Source of the DNA: an uncultured Candidatus Entotheonella sp.
GTDB lineage: Bacteria > Tectomicrobia > Entotheonellia > Entotheonellales > Entotheonellaceae
Assembly: GCA_965215335.1 (NCBI GenBank)
Contig: CBDCDA010000002.1
Location: 32,001 to 96,000 of the forward strand
Direction: 5' to 3'
DNA length: 64,000 nucleotides
The position numbers and the translations under genes were made by a program. The notes under the pieces were generated by a model. The model made no database searches. It saw only the letters and a program-made list of their open reading frames with translations, and had not been told where the DNA came from. Position 1 is the first letter of the stretch, and each line of letters opens with the position of its first letter. Below are positions 51,898 through 61,842 of the stretch, in pieces.

Positions 51898-52278
51898 GTG
51901 TATCGGCCGAAGAGCAGAGTACAGGCCGTCGTGACCGTTCTCCTGACGCTCGCGTTTCTGGGCTCGGGAATCATGAAACTGATGGGCGTGGAACAGAGCC
52001 GGCAGGGCTTCGAGAATTGGGGCTACCCAATCTTCTTCATGTACCTCATCGGCCTCTGCGAGGTGGCGGGCGCCGTCGGCCTGTGGCTGCGGCGCTTCTC
52101 CTATGCCGCCAAAGTATGCTTCATCATCCTCATGGCGGGCGCGGTGCTGACGCATCTCGTCTTCGACACGGTCAAGGATGCCGTGCCGCCCATCATCCTG
52201 ATCATCCTGACCGCCGTGGCGTTGGCTCTGCACCGCAAAGAGCGCGACACGAATGATGATCTGATGCCCGCGGCGTAA
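51898..52278 (+). CDS. DoxX-family membrane protein
   Basis: FLGSGIMKL, FENWGYP, IGLCEVAGAVGL, MAGAVLTHL; AAGGAGG RBS. Confidence 0.85.
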   Translation: MYRPKSRVQAVVTVLLTLAFLGSGIMKLMGVEQSRQGFENWGYPIFFMYLIGLCEVAGAVGLWLRRFSYAAKVCFIILMAGAVLTHLVFDTVKDAVPPIILIILTAVALALHRKERDTNDDLMPAA

Positions 52279-52384
52279 GTCGTGCGCCACGGCCTTATTT
52301 TGGTGTAAGGATGGCGTTGAGGATTTCTCATAAATCGACCTGTCGCCTTCGTTCTCCAGGCTTGTCTGGTGGCAACATGGGTTT

Positions 52385-54202
52385 GTGGCGTACGAGCCGG
52401 ACGCCGGCCTGCTTCGGGTCTCCATGATGCGTGGCTTCACTCGTCTCTGTGTTCTCTACGCCGATTTCCCCCTTCGTCTGGCCGGGGCGCTGGCCTGCAC
52501 GCTGGCGGCGGTGCTGCTGCACCTCGCCGTTCCTCTGATCCTCAAGAACGTTCTCGATGACGGACTGGACCCGGACAACCCCGGCTTCGTGTACGTGGCT
52601 GGCGCGTTGCTGGTCGGCGCGACTGTGGTACGCGGCGCCGCGGTATACGGGCAGAACTACCTGGCAGCGTTCCTGGCTCAGCGCCTCGCCTACCGGCTGC
52701 GCAACCTGTTGTACGACAAATTGCAACGGTTGAGCTTTGCCTATCACGACCGGGCACGGACGGGCGATCTGATGTCGCGTGCCGCGGCGGACGTCGAGGC
52801 GGTGCGTCACTTCTTCCATTTCGGCTTCCCGACGGTCTTCAGCGTCCTGTTGACCGGCGTGGGAACGACGGCGGCGCTGGTCTGGCTCGATTGGCGCCTG
52901 GCGGTATTGGCCATCGGTGGCTTTGTGGTGATTCTGGCCGTGTCGGTCACCGTGGGCCGCTGGTTACGGCCGTTGCAGGAGATCGTGCAGGCACACACGG
53001 CCCGGCTGTCGGTGGCCTGGCAGGAGAGCCTGACGGGAATCCGGGTAGTCAAGGCGTTCGGACACGAACGGGCGCAGGCGGCATCCTTTTCGGAGGTGGC
53101 CGGCCAACTGTACAAGTCTCAGATGCGGGTGACGCACGCCCAGGCGCTCAGCTTGCCACTGCTGACACTTCTCCTGGCTGCGGGGCTGGCGCTGACGCTG
53201 TACGTCGGCGGTCGGGAGGTCATCCTGGGCGGCATGAGTCTCGGCGCCCTGGTGGCGGCCACCGGTTATCTGGTGCAATTGGCCCATCCGATACGGCGCC
53301 TGAGCTGGCTCGCCGGCATGGCGTCGCGTTGTCAGGCCGGCGGCCGGCGGCTGTTCGAGGTGCTGGACGCCGTTTCCGAGGTACGCGAATCCCCACGGGC
53401 ACGGCCCCTGCCGCAGGTGCACGGGACGTTGCGCTTCGAGCGCGTCAGCTTTTGCCACGACCGTCATCTGCCGGTCCTGCATGACATCAGCTTCACCGTC
53501 GAGCCGGGGCAAACGGTGGCGCTGCTGGGCGGCACCGGTAGCGGCAAAAGCACCCTGGCGCAACTGATCCCGCGTTTTTATGACCCGACCGGCGGCGGCA
53601 TCAGCCTGGACGGCATCGACCTCCGGGACCTGCAACTGGGCGCTCTGCGGCAGCACATCGGCATCGTCATGCAGGACACCTGGCTGTTCTCCAACACCAT
53701 CCGCGACAACATCGCCTACGGACGCCCCGGCATCGGCCTCGAGGCCGTCGTGGCGGCGGCCAAGGTGGCGCACGCCCACGACTTCATCATGCAATTCCCG
53801 CACGGCTACGATACCTGGGTCGGCGAGCGTGGCATGACGCTGTCGGGCGGCCAACGGCAGCGCATCGCCATCGCCCGCGTCTTTGTGCGCGACCCACGAT
53901 TGCTGATCCTCGACGACGCCACATCGAGCGTGGACGTGGAAACGGAATTCCTCATCCAGCGCGCGCTGCGGGCGCTGATGGTGGGGCGAACGACTTTGAT
54001 GATCGCCCACCGCCTGCACACCCTGCGGCACGCCGACCTGATTCTGGTGCTGTCCGGTGGGCGCATCGCACAGCGTGGCACGCACGACGAATTGCTGGAT
54101 GAGCCGGGGATCTACCAGACCGTGTACAAACAACAGTCGCGCGACCCGGAAGAACGGCCTGCGACCCTCTCGCCCGTTTCCACCGCGCGGTCGCACGCAT
54201 GA
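52385..54202 (+). CDS. ABC exporter TMD-NBD subunit 1 of a heterodimer
   Basis: TM domain, GGTGSGKS, LSGGQRQR, degenerate Walker B LILDD; start could be 52424. Confidence 0.92.
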   Translation: MAYEPDAGLLRVSMMRGFTRLCVLYADFPLRLAGALACTLAAVLLHLAVPLILKNVLDDGLDPDNPGFVYVAGALLVGATVVRGAAVYGQNYLAAFLAQRLAYRLRNLLYDKLQRLSFAYHDRARTGDLMSRAAADVEAVRHFFHFGFPTVFSVLLTGVGTTAALVWLDWRLAVLAIGGFVVILAVSVTVGRWLRPLQEIVQAHTARLSVAWQESLTGIRVVKAFGHERAQAASFSEVAGQLYKSQMRVTHAQALSLPLLTLLLAAGLALTLYVGGREVILGGMSLGALVAATGYLVQLAHPIRRLSWLAGMASRCQAGGRRLFEVLDAVSEVRESPRARPLPQVHGTLRFERVSFCHDRHLPVLHDISFTVEPGQTVALLGGTGSGKSTLAQLIPRFYDPTGGGISLDGIDLRDLQLGALRQHIGIVMQDTWLFSNTIRDNIAYGRPGIGLEAVVAAAKVAHAHDFIMQFPHGYDTWVGERGMTLSGGQRQRIAIARVFVRDPRLLILDDATSSVDVETEFLIQRALRALMVGRTTLMIAHRLHTLRHADLILVLSGGRIAQRGTHDELLDEPGIYQTVYKQQSRDPEERPATLSPVSTARSHA

Positions 54203-56058
54203 AGGTTTCAATCCCACGCAACCAGGGCGCGGCGCCGACCAACGGCCACCGCGAGGGCCGGCATGGCGAGGAAAAGCGCTTTGGCAAGGCGTACGACGCC
54301 CGTGTCATGCGTCGCCTGTGGCCGTTCGCCGCGCCGCACGCGACAGCCCTGGTTGCCGCGGCGGTCTGCATGGTCGGGGTCGCCGCCAGTCAGTTGCTCC
54401 GTCCCTACCTCATCAAGCTCGCCCTCGACGGTCCCATCGCGCAAGGCGACTTGCGCGCCCTCACCATCATCGTGATGTTCAGCCTCGGCAACACGCTGGC
54501 CGGCTGGGGCCTGCAATACGGGCAGACCCTGCTGCTCATGCGTGCGGCGCAGCGCGTTTTGCTGAACTTGCGGCAGACGCTGTTCCGACATCTCATGCGC
54601 CTCGACGTGGCGTTTCACGACCGCCAATCCGTGGGCCGCCTGATGTCGCGCGTGCAAAACGACGTGGGCACCCTTCAGGATCTCTTTACCAGTGGCATTC
54701 TGAGCATCCTCAGCGATGCGCTGACCCTCGTGGGTATCCTCATCGTCCTGTTCGCCATGCACCCCTACCTGGCGCTGCTGACCAGCGTGGTGGTCCCCCT
54801 GGTGCTGCTGGTCACCGCGTATTGGCGCACCCATTCGCGGCGCGCCTTTCAGGCCGTGCGGCGGGCGCTGGCGCGCGTCAACGCCAGCCTGCAGGAAAAC
54901 ATCTCCAGCGTGCGCGTCATCCAGAGCCTGTGCAGCGAGGACGCCAACCTGCGGCGCTTCGAGCGCCTGAACGCCGACCATCTGGAGGCGACGCTGAAGG
55001 CCGCGCACCTGTCCGCCCTGTTTTTCCCGACCGTCGAAATGATGACCGCCCTGGCCATCGCCGTGGTCGTCGTCTGCGGCGCGCCGCTGGTGATGGGCGG
55101 CGGTCTCAGCGCCGGCACCCTGGTCGCCTTCGTGCTTTACATGTATCGCTTTTTCGAGCCGTTGCGGGATCTCAGCTTTCGCTGGAACTCGCTGCAAATG
55201 GCCATGGCATCGGGGGAACGCATTTTCGAGGTGCTGGAGACACCGCGCCACGTCGTCGAGGACGCGGCGCCGGTACGGCTGCCGCGTTTGCGGGGAGAGG
55301 TGGCGTTTCGCCGCGTGTCGTTCCACTACCAGCCCGGCGTGCCGGTTCTGGAAGACTTCTCGCTGGAGGTGCCGGCGGGCCAGCGTCTGGCCATCGTCGG
55401 GCATACGGGGGCAGGCAAGACGACGCTGATCAACCTGCTGACGCGGTTTTACGACGTGACCGAGGGCGCCATTCTCATCGACGGCATCGATTTGCGGCGG
55501 CTGTCGCAGGTCGATTTGCGGCGTCAGGTGGCTATCGTCCTGCAAGAGCCCTTTCTGTTCAGCGGCACGGTGCGCGACAACCTGCGCTACGCCGACCCCG
55601 ATGCCAGCGACGCCGCAGTGGAGGCAGCGGCCCGCGCGCTCGGCGTGCACGACAGCATCCTGCGGCTCGAACATGGCTATGATACCGAGGTGCGCGAGCG
55701 CGGCAGCCTGCTGAGCCACGGCCAGCGGCAGCTTGTGAGCTTCTTGCGCGCCCTGCTGGCCGACCCTCGTATCCTCATCCTCGACGAGGCCACCGCCAGC
55801 ATCGACGTCGAAGCCGAACGGTTGGTGCAGGCGGGCCTCAAGACGCTGCTGCGCGGGCGCACCACGTTCATCATTGCCCACCGCCTGTCGACCGTGAAGC
55901 AGGCGGACCGCATTATCCTCCTGGAGAGCGGGCGCCTGATGGAAAGCGGCACGCACGAGGACCTGATCCGGCGCCACGGGCCATACGCGCGCTTGTACGA
56001 CATGGCGTACGCCAGTCTGACAGCGGGGTTTGATGGGAGACAAGGCGTGGGCGAGTGA
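54199..56058 (+). CDS. ABC exporter TMD-NBD subunit 2 of a heterodimer
   Basis: GHTGAGKT, degenerate signature LSHGQ, LILDEAT; ATGA overlap with subunit 1. Confidence 0.93.
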   Translation: MKVSIPRNQGAAPTNGHREGRHGEEKRFGKAYDARVMRRLWPFAAPHATALVAAAVCMVGVAASQLLRPYLIKLALDGPIAQGDLRALTIIVMFSLGNTLAGWGLQYGQTLLLMRAAQRVLLNLRQTLFRHLMRLDVAFHDRQSVGRLMSRVQNDVGTLQDLFTSGILSILSDALTLVGILIVLFAMHPYLALLTSVVVPLVLLVTAYWRTHSRRAFQAVRRALARVNASLQENISSVRVIQSLCSEDANLRRFERLNADHLEATLKAAHLSALFFPTVEMMTALAIAVVVVCGAPLVMGGGLSAGTLVAFVLYMYRFFEPLRDLSFRWNSLQMAMASGERIFEVLETPRHVVEDAAPVRLPRLRGEVAFRRVSFHYQPGVPVLEDFSLEVPAGQRLAIVGHTGAGKTTLINLLTRFYDVTEGAILIDGIDLRRLSQVDLRRQVAIVLQEPFLFSGTVRDNLRYADPDASDAAVEAAARALGVHDSILRLEHGYDTEVRERGSLLSHGQRQLVSFLRALLADPRILILDEATASIDVEAERLVQAGLKTLLRGRTTFIIAHRLSTVKQADRIILLESGRLMESGTHEDLIRRHGPYARLYDMAYASLTAGFDGRQGVGE

Positions 56059-56062
56059 TAGT

Positions 56063-58669
56063 TTACCCATTTTGCGCGCGCAGGATGGTGCGCAGCGAGC
56101 GCGACGGCTGCAAGTAGGTCCGGGCCGCGTCCCGAATGTCGGTCAGGCTGACCTGCTGCACCGCCTCCAGGTACGTCCGGTAGGCGTTCCACTGGCCTTG
56201 GTGGAGCATGCCGAGGCCGAAGATACTGGTGCGCTGGCTGGTGCTTTGCAGGCTGATGTCGAGGGTGCCGGCGATGTAGGTCTTGGCGCGCTCCAACTCC
56301 TCGGACGTGACCCCGTCGCTGTGAATCGCATGCACCACGCGCTCGAATTCGCCGAGTGCCTCGCCTTCCTTCTCGGGCGTGCAGCCGATGTAGAAAGCCA
56401 GGTAGCCGGGATCGACCGGATAGGCGTCGAAGCTGGTCACCGCGTAGGCTAGGCCGCGCTTGTCCCTCAATTCCACGAACAGGCGCCCGCCCATGCCGCC
56501 GAGGATGGTGTCGAGCACGTGCAGCGTGTAGCGGTCGGGGTCGCGGCCCGTGACGGCGGGAAAACCCCAGATGATATGCGTCTGCTGGCCTTCCACGTCA
56601 ATGACCTCGGTCGCCGCCGCGCTCCACGTCGGCGTCCCCGGCACCGTGGGCGCCACGGCCGCGACGGGCTCGGAAAGCGACGCCGGCGCTAACTGATGCC
56701 AGCGCGACAGCACCGCTTCGGCGGTGATGTCGCCAACAACGACGTACACCGTGTCCTGCGGACGCAGCAGGCTTTGGTGGAACACGGCCAGGTCGTCGCG
56801 CGAGACTGTGGACAGGCCCTCGGGCGTGCCGATGGACAGGTGATTGTACGGATGGGAGCCGTAGAACTTGCGCAGAAACTGCTGCATCGCGTACTGGAAG
56901 CGGTTTTCCTTTAGGGTGTCGAGTTCACGCAATTGATCGGCCTGCTCGCGCGCCACTTCGACGTCTGGAAAGCTGGGCTCGGTGAGCAGGTCGAGGTAAA
57001 GCTCCAGCCCGTCCGCGAAGGTATCGCGCAGAAAACGGGCGGCAAGCTGGGCGGTATCGCGATCGCTCGAGGCGCCCAGGGTAGCGCCGAGGCGGTCGAG
57101 TTCGCGTTCGATCTCGGAGGCGCTTCGCATGCTGGTGCCGCGGTCCCAGGTGGCGCTGAGGAGGCAGGCGATGCCCTCCTTGCCCGGCGGGGCGCTGCGC
57201 TGCCCGCCGGCGAGCAGGGTGCGGATGGTGACGAGCGGCGCTTTGCGGTCGGTCTGCACGATCAGCGTGCTGCCGCCCGGCAGCGACACGACGGAGGTGT
57301 TGTCCGTGCTGCGCGGCGCCGCCGGCGCCCGCGGTGCGTCGTCCTGTCGGGTCCAGGTGAGCATGGTTTCGCGGCTCGGCAGGTCGGCGTCCGAGGGCAT
57401 GAGCAGGGCGATGTTGGCGCGCTGCGGATCGAGAAACGTCGTCGCTGCCCGTTGCAGGTCGTCGTGGCTCAGCGATTCGATAGCGGTCACGTAGTGCGCG
57501 CCGTAGTTTGGGTCGCCGTACACCAGCATGTGGCTCCCCAACTGGCTGGCGATGCCCTGGTACGTTTCGCGGGCATGCACGAAATGGCTGACGATGCGCG
57601 TTTTCGCCGCCGCCAGGTCGTGCTCGGAAATGGACAACGCGGGTTGGCGCACGGGCTGCATCAGCCCGTGCGCCACCTCGGCCACGTCGTCGGTCATGCA
57701 GGTGGCACCGAGCAGGAAGACGCCGCGGTCGCACGGCGTGTAGTTGTAGGCATACACGTCGTGGGCCAGTTGGCGGCGGCGCTTGAGGGTGGTGTAGAGG
57801 GTGGAATTGTAGCCCGAGCCCAGCAGGTCGCTGAGCAGATCGAGCGCCGGGACTTGCGGGTCGGTAGCCTCGACCGACGGCATGGCGATTTCGACGCGCG
57901 CCAGCTCGGCCCGAAAGGGGAAGGCCAGCACGCGCGGCTGCGCCTGGGCGGGCTCGTCGGCGCGCGGCCTGGTGGGCAGCGCCGCGGCCGGCACGGCGCC
58001 GAAGCGATCCTCGACGGTGCGCCGCATGGTGTCGGAATCGAAGTCGCCGACGGCCACGAAGATCATGTTGTTGGGCACGTACCAGGTGTTGAACACGCGC
58101 AGCATGTCGTCGCGCTGGATGGGCCGTACGGTTTCCTCGAAACCGATGATCGGGCGGCGGTAGGGGTGCGTCGTGAAGGTGAGGTCGAACAGGCGCTCGG
58201 CGATTTCGTGATCCGGGTTGTCCTTGCTGCGGCGGAATTCTTCGAGCACCACTTCCTTTTCGCGTTCCAGCTCGGTGGGATCGAAAAAGGAGTGTAGAAC
58301 GGCGTCGCTCAGCACGTCGAAGCCGATTTCCCAGAAACGGCTGGACAGGGTGACGTGGTAGACCGTTTCATCGTAATTCGTCCAGGCATTCACCGTGCCG
58401 CCGGCACCCTCGATGAGGGCGGCGATTTCCCCGTTCGGAAAGCGCTCCGTGCCCTTGAACAGCATGTGCTCGAAGACGTGCGCAATGCCCGCCACGACCG
58501 GATCCTCGTCGGCGCTGCCGAACCGCACCCACGTTTGCAGGGCGACGACGGGTGCGCTGTGATCTTCAAGCAGCACCACTTGCAGGCCATTATCGAGGGT
58601 ATGCACGCTGGCCCTGGGGTCGTGGTCGAGGTCGCCGTTCGTCACGGGGCGGCGGATTGCGGATTGCAT
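56063..58669 (-). CDS. M16 family zinc peptidase (fused two-module type)
   Basis: LDNGLQV, HVFEHMLFKGT (HxxEH), NAWT, HPYRRPIIG, LFVELRDKRGLAY; GAAGGAGG RBS. Confidence 0.93.
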   Translation of the reverse strand: MQSAIRRPVTNGDLDHDPRASVHTLDNGLQVVLLEDHSAPVVALQTWVRFGSADEDPVVAGIAHVFEHMLFKGTERFPNGEIAALIEGAGGTVNAWTNYDETVYHVTLSSRFWEIGFDVLSDAVLHSFFDPTELEREKEVVLEEFRRSKDNPDHEIAERLFDLTFTTHPYRRPIIGFEETVRPIQRDDMLRVFNTWYVPNNMIFVAVGDFDSDTMRRTVEDRFGAVPAAALPTRPRADEPAQAQPRVLAFPFRAELARVEIAMPSVEATDPQVPALDLLSDLLGSGYNSTLYTTLKRRRQLAHDVYAYNYTPCDRGVFLLGATCMTDDVAEVAHGLMQPVRQPALSISEHDLAAAKTRIVSHFVHARETYQGIASQLGSHMLVYGDPNYGAHYVTAIESLSHDDLQRAATTFLDPQRANIALLMPSDADLPSRETMLTWTRQDDAPRAPAAPRSTDNTSVVSLPGGSTLIVQTDRKAPLVTIRTLLAGGQRSAPPGKEGIACLLSATWDRGTSMRSASEIERELDRLGATLGASSDRDTAQLAARFLRDTFADGLELYLDLLTEPSFPDVEVAREQADQLRELDTLKENRFQYAMQQFLRKFYGSHPYNHLSIGTPEGLSTVSRDDLAVFHQSLLRPQDTVYVVVGDITAEAVLSRWHQLAPASLSEPVAAVAPTVPGTPTWSAAATEVIDVEGQQTHIIWGFPAVTGRDPDRYTLHVLDTILGGMGGRLFVELRDKRGLAYAVTSFDAYPVDPGYLAFYIGCTPEKEGEALGEFERVVHAIHSDGVTSEELERAKTYIAGTLDISLQSTSQRTSIFGLGMLHQGQWNAYRTYLEAVQQVSLTDIRDAARTYLQPSRSLRTILRAQNG

Positions 58670-58923
58670 GTGTGGGGGTCCTCCTTCAGAGCTTGCCAGC
58701 CGGAAGCTGCTGCGATGGTTGCCTGACGCCGGGTTCTTCGCCTGCGGAATCCCTGAACGATACCTTACTTCGGCGCCGGATACCATAACGCATCAAGTGC
58801 TCTTCATTCATCCCGGAAAGGGCCGCGGCGGCGATTCTTTGCTGCTGGATGCGGCAGACATTGCGTAGTATAGTCGCCCGCGTTCCGGGCACTGTAACCG
58901 CCACATCACGGGAGAGAAAGGGC

Positions 58924-59718
58924 ATGAGCGAAGTCGGGAAGCTACTGATGGAAAAGGACGGGCCGATTGGCTGGGTCATTTTCAACCAGCCGGAAAAACG
59001 CAACGCCGTGAGCCAGGAAATGTGGGCGTTGATGCCGGATTACGTGAAGTCCTTGGCAGAAGACGACGCCATCCGGGTGGTGATCCTGCGCGGTGCCGGT
59101 GAGCAGGCGTTCGTCGCCGGGGCCGATATTTCGCAGTTCAAGGAGCGGCGGCGCAACATGGCCGACGAGGAAGCCTACGGGCGCATCTCGGCACGCGGCC
59201 AGGAAAGCCTGAAATCGCTCGACAAGCCGCTGCTGGCCATGATTCACGGCTATTGCATCGGCGGCGGCGTCAGCATCGCCATCGGCTGCGACATGCGCAT
59301 CGCCTCGGACGAAGCCCGCTTCGGCATTCCCGCCGCCCGCCTGGGGCTGGGCTACCATTACAACGGCATGGAGCGGCTCATGAAGCTCATCGGGCCAGCC
59401 TACACCAAGGAAATCTTCTTCACCGCGCGCACGGATTTCAGCGCCCAGGACGCCTTGCGCATGGGGCTGGTCAACCAGGTCGTCCCCAAGGCCGAGCTGG
59501 AATCGTTCACCTGCGACTACGCCCTTGCCATGGCCCGCAACGCCCCACTCACCCTGCGCTCCGCCAAGGCCAGCGTGGATCAATTGCTGCAGCCGCCCGG
59601 GAAGCGTGACCTGGCCGCCCTCGACGTGCTCATCGCCGACTGCTTCAACAGCCAGGATTACCAGGAAGGCGTGCAGGCATTCACCGAGAAGCGCCGCCCG
59701 CAGTTCCAGGGGCGCTGA
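58924..59718 (+). CDS. Enoyl-CoA hydratase/isomerase
   Basis: NQPEKRNA, FVAGADISQF, GYCIGGG, CDMRIAS, DYQEGVQAFTEKRRPQF. Confidence 0.93.
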   Translation: MSEVGKLLMEKDGPIGWVIFNQPEKRNAVSQEMWALMPDYVKSLAEDDAIRVVILRGAGEQAFVAGADISQFKERRRNMADEEAYGRISARGQESLKSLDKPLLAMIHGYCIGGGVSIAIGCDMRIASDEARFGIPAARLGLGYHYNGMERLMKLIGPAYTKEIFFTARTDFSAQDALRMGLVNQVVPKAELESFTCDYALAMARNAPLTLRSAKASVDQLLQPPGKRDLAALDVLIADCFNSQDYQEGVQAFTEKRRPQFQGR

Positions 59719-59768
59719 GGCGTCTCGGGGTTGAGCGATTTCCCGCCAAGGGCGGGAGGGAGCCTGTC

Positions 59769-60641
59769 ATGTACAGAAAAGCGCTGGTGGCCATCGGGGG
59801 AAGCCCGTGGTCTGACGCGGCACTGAGCTACGCCATCGCCCTGGTTGCCGCTACCGGCGCCGACCTGACGATTCTCACCGTGCTGGCCAGTCCGGTGGCC
59901 TATACCATGCCCGACGTGATGTCGTCCTCCGAGTTGCTGATGGAAAGCATCGAGCGGCAGGGGCACGAATTGATCGCCCAGGCCGGCGCAAGGGCCGAAG
60001 CCGCCGGGGTGTCCTACAGTGCCGTCGCCAAGTGGGGCAGCGTGCCGGAAACCATTCTGCAGACGGCCCGGGAGGAGCGGTGCGACCTCATCATCCTCGG
60101 GTCGCGCGTCATCACCGGCTGGAAACGCCTCATGATCGGGCGCACCCTGAACGCCGTCACCGCCCGCTGCGAACAGCCCCTGCTGGTCATCAAGCACCCC
60201 CCCGCCGTGGAGCTCGGCCAGCCCACGTGGCGCCGCCTCCTGGTGGCCACCGGCGGCTCGCCGTGGTCGGACATGGCGGTGGACCACGCCCTCGAACTGG
60301 CGCAGGAAAATGGGCTGGAGGTCTGCCTTCTGTGCGTCGACGTCAACCGCGCTGCCGCCTCCCAGGGCGCCTTAGACGACAATTCCGCCGCCAAGGACAT
60401 CCTCGCCAACGCCGAGGCGCGCGCTGCCGCCGCGGGCGTCACGTACGAAGCCCACCTGGCCTACGGCGATGTCACCGGAGCCGTCCTGGAGACCGCCAGC
60501 CGCCGCCAGTGCGACGCCATCGTCATGGGATCGCGCGGCATGACCGGCTTGAAGCGCCTGATGATCGGCAGCATCTCCAACGCCGTGGCGGCCAAATCCC
60601 TCCTCCCGGTGATGATCGTCAAACGCTTCCTGGTGGCCTGA
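59769..60641 (+). CDS. Universal stress protein (tandem UspA domains)
   Basis: Two repeats of LVA.GGSPWSD...D.I..GSR..TG.KRLMIG. Confidence 0.92.
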   Translation: MYRKALVAIGGSPWSDAALSYAIALVAATGADLTILTVLASPVAYTMPDVMSSSELLMESIERQGHELIAQAGARAEAAGVSYSAVAKWGSVPETILQTAREERCDLIILGSRVITGWKRLMIGRTLNAVTARCEQPLLVIKHPPAVELGQPTWRRLLVATGGSPWSDMAVDHALELAQENGLEVCLLCVDVNRAAASQGALDDNSAAKDILANAEARAAAAGVTYEAHLAYGDVTGAVLETASRRQCDAIVMGSRGMTGLKRLMIGSISNAVAAKSLLPVMIVKRFLVA

Positions 60642-60903
60642 CTTTCGGTCCAGTCAACAGCAACGGCCAAGCGGAGGCGAGAAGTCGCCGGGTGGCGGAT
60701 GACGTTCGTCGCCTGAAAGAAGACAGCGACCGGTTGAGGGATGATAACGCCAGACTTCGTGACCGGAGGTGGTATCAATGAGCGAGGTTCGCCCCCTAGC
60801 GCCACGATGCCAAGCCCGGCAAGCGGGGCCTCCCATAGTTTCAACCGGTAGCCGTTTCGATGGAACGGCGTGTTATCTCAAGACACAACAGGTCCTGCAT
60901 GAC

Positions 60904-61254
60904 TTACGTCTTGCCGCGCTGTTCGCCTGCTATCAGCCCCTCGGCTCGGCCGTCTGTCTCCCGCTTCGCTTCCATGTAGCTGCGCAGCACGGCATTGATG
61001 CGCGTCTGATAACCTCGCCCCTGGGACTTGAAGAAATCCAGCACGTCCCTGTCGATGCGCACCGAGATGGCCTGCTTGGACGGCGGCATCACGACCCTGG
61101 CCTGCGACCAGTCGAACTCGCCTTCGTCCGGGTCCACCTCCGGCTCTATGCCCGCGGCATCTTGCTGTCGGAGCCACTCCCAATCGGTCTTGCCCTTACC
61201 TTTACGGCGATTCGCCTCTGCTAACGACATACGCGTGACAGTCTCGTCGCTCAC
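60904..61254 (-). CDS. brnA: BrnA antitoxin
   Basis: KTDW..L, KQAISVRIDRDVLDFFKSQGRGYQTRINAVLR ribbon-helix-helix C-terminus. Confidence 0.9.
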   Translation of the reverse strand: MSDETVTRMSLAEANRRKGKGKTDWEWLRQQDAAGIEPEVDPDEGEFDWSQARVVMPPSKQAISVRIDRDVLDFFKSQGRGYQTRINAVLRSYMEAKRETDGRAEGLIAGEQRGKT

Positions 61255-61486
61255 GTTTTCGTGCCCTTCTCGCGGTAATAATCCTGCAACGGCCGTTCCG
61301 CATCGTGTAAACCACGGCGATCTCCCTGCCGTCTACGATACCGACCGCGACCCACCGCGTTTCCTCTGTGCGTCGCGACGGTGTTTCCAGAACCGGACCA
61401 TTGAAAATCCGGATGGCGTCTTCAAAATCGATGCGGTGCTGCGCCAGCACCGTGTGCCGCTTGCCCTCGTACCACTCGAAGGTCAC
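61202..61486 (-). CDS. brnT: BrnT RNase toxin
   Basis: TFEWYEGK...HRIDFEDA..IF, E.RW..VG, VVYT.R..CRIITARRA..RER. Confidence 0.9.
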   Translation of the reverse strand: MTFEWYEGKRHTVLAQHRIDFEDAIRIFNGPVLETPSRRTEETRWVAVGIVDGREIAVVYTMRNGRCRIITARRARKRERRDCHAYVVSRGESP

Positions 61487-61573
61487 GAGGCCTTCACTCC
61501 GGCCAACGGGCATTCGAGCGTCCCCTTAATCCCGCCTACGTGGACGTCATGCGAACACAACATCTTGCACATC

Positions 61574-61615
61574 GATGTAAATCGTACTGTAGATACATCA
61601 AGTCAACGCCGTCAA
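61574..61615 (-). promoter_or_regulatory. Putative brnTA promoter with palindromic operator
   Basis: Minus strand TTGACG-N18-TACAGT; TGTA-GA-TACA palindrome at 61588-61597 and GATGTA/TACATC inverted repeat at 61574-61599. Confidence 0.5.
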
Positions 61616-61787
61616 GCGAACCTTAGCTCCGCCAGCCTCGAGGATGCCGGAGGCCAGCCCGCATGCGCTTGCCTCGCCGCTTCGTCAGTTGCAATTTGGC
61701 CCGCCATGCGGCAGACTATTTCCTCATTGTTCCCTGCTGGCTCGGTCGAAATATGTTGACCCTCGCAAACCGGGAGGTCTCACTTCC

Positions 61788-61822
61788 CCCTCGCCCCAAC
61801 CCTCTCCCTCCAGGGGAGAGGG
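61788..61822. repeat. REP-like palindrome
   Basis: CCCTCGCCCCAA followed by 9-bp hairpin CCCTCTCCC-tccag-GGGAGAGGG. Confidence 0.7.
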
Positions 61823-61842
61823 AGCCGATGATGAAATAGAGA

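Noticed and set aside
52385..56058. Degenerate ABC motifs (ILDD, LSHGQ) as a sign of inactivation
   Set aside because: This is the normal asymmetric site pattern of heterodimeric ABC exporters.
58670..58920. Riboswitch in the M16 peptidase/crotonase divergent spacer
   Set aside because: No convincing SAM, TPP, cobalamin, glycine or FMN core found by eye; an Rfam scan would settle it.
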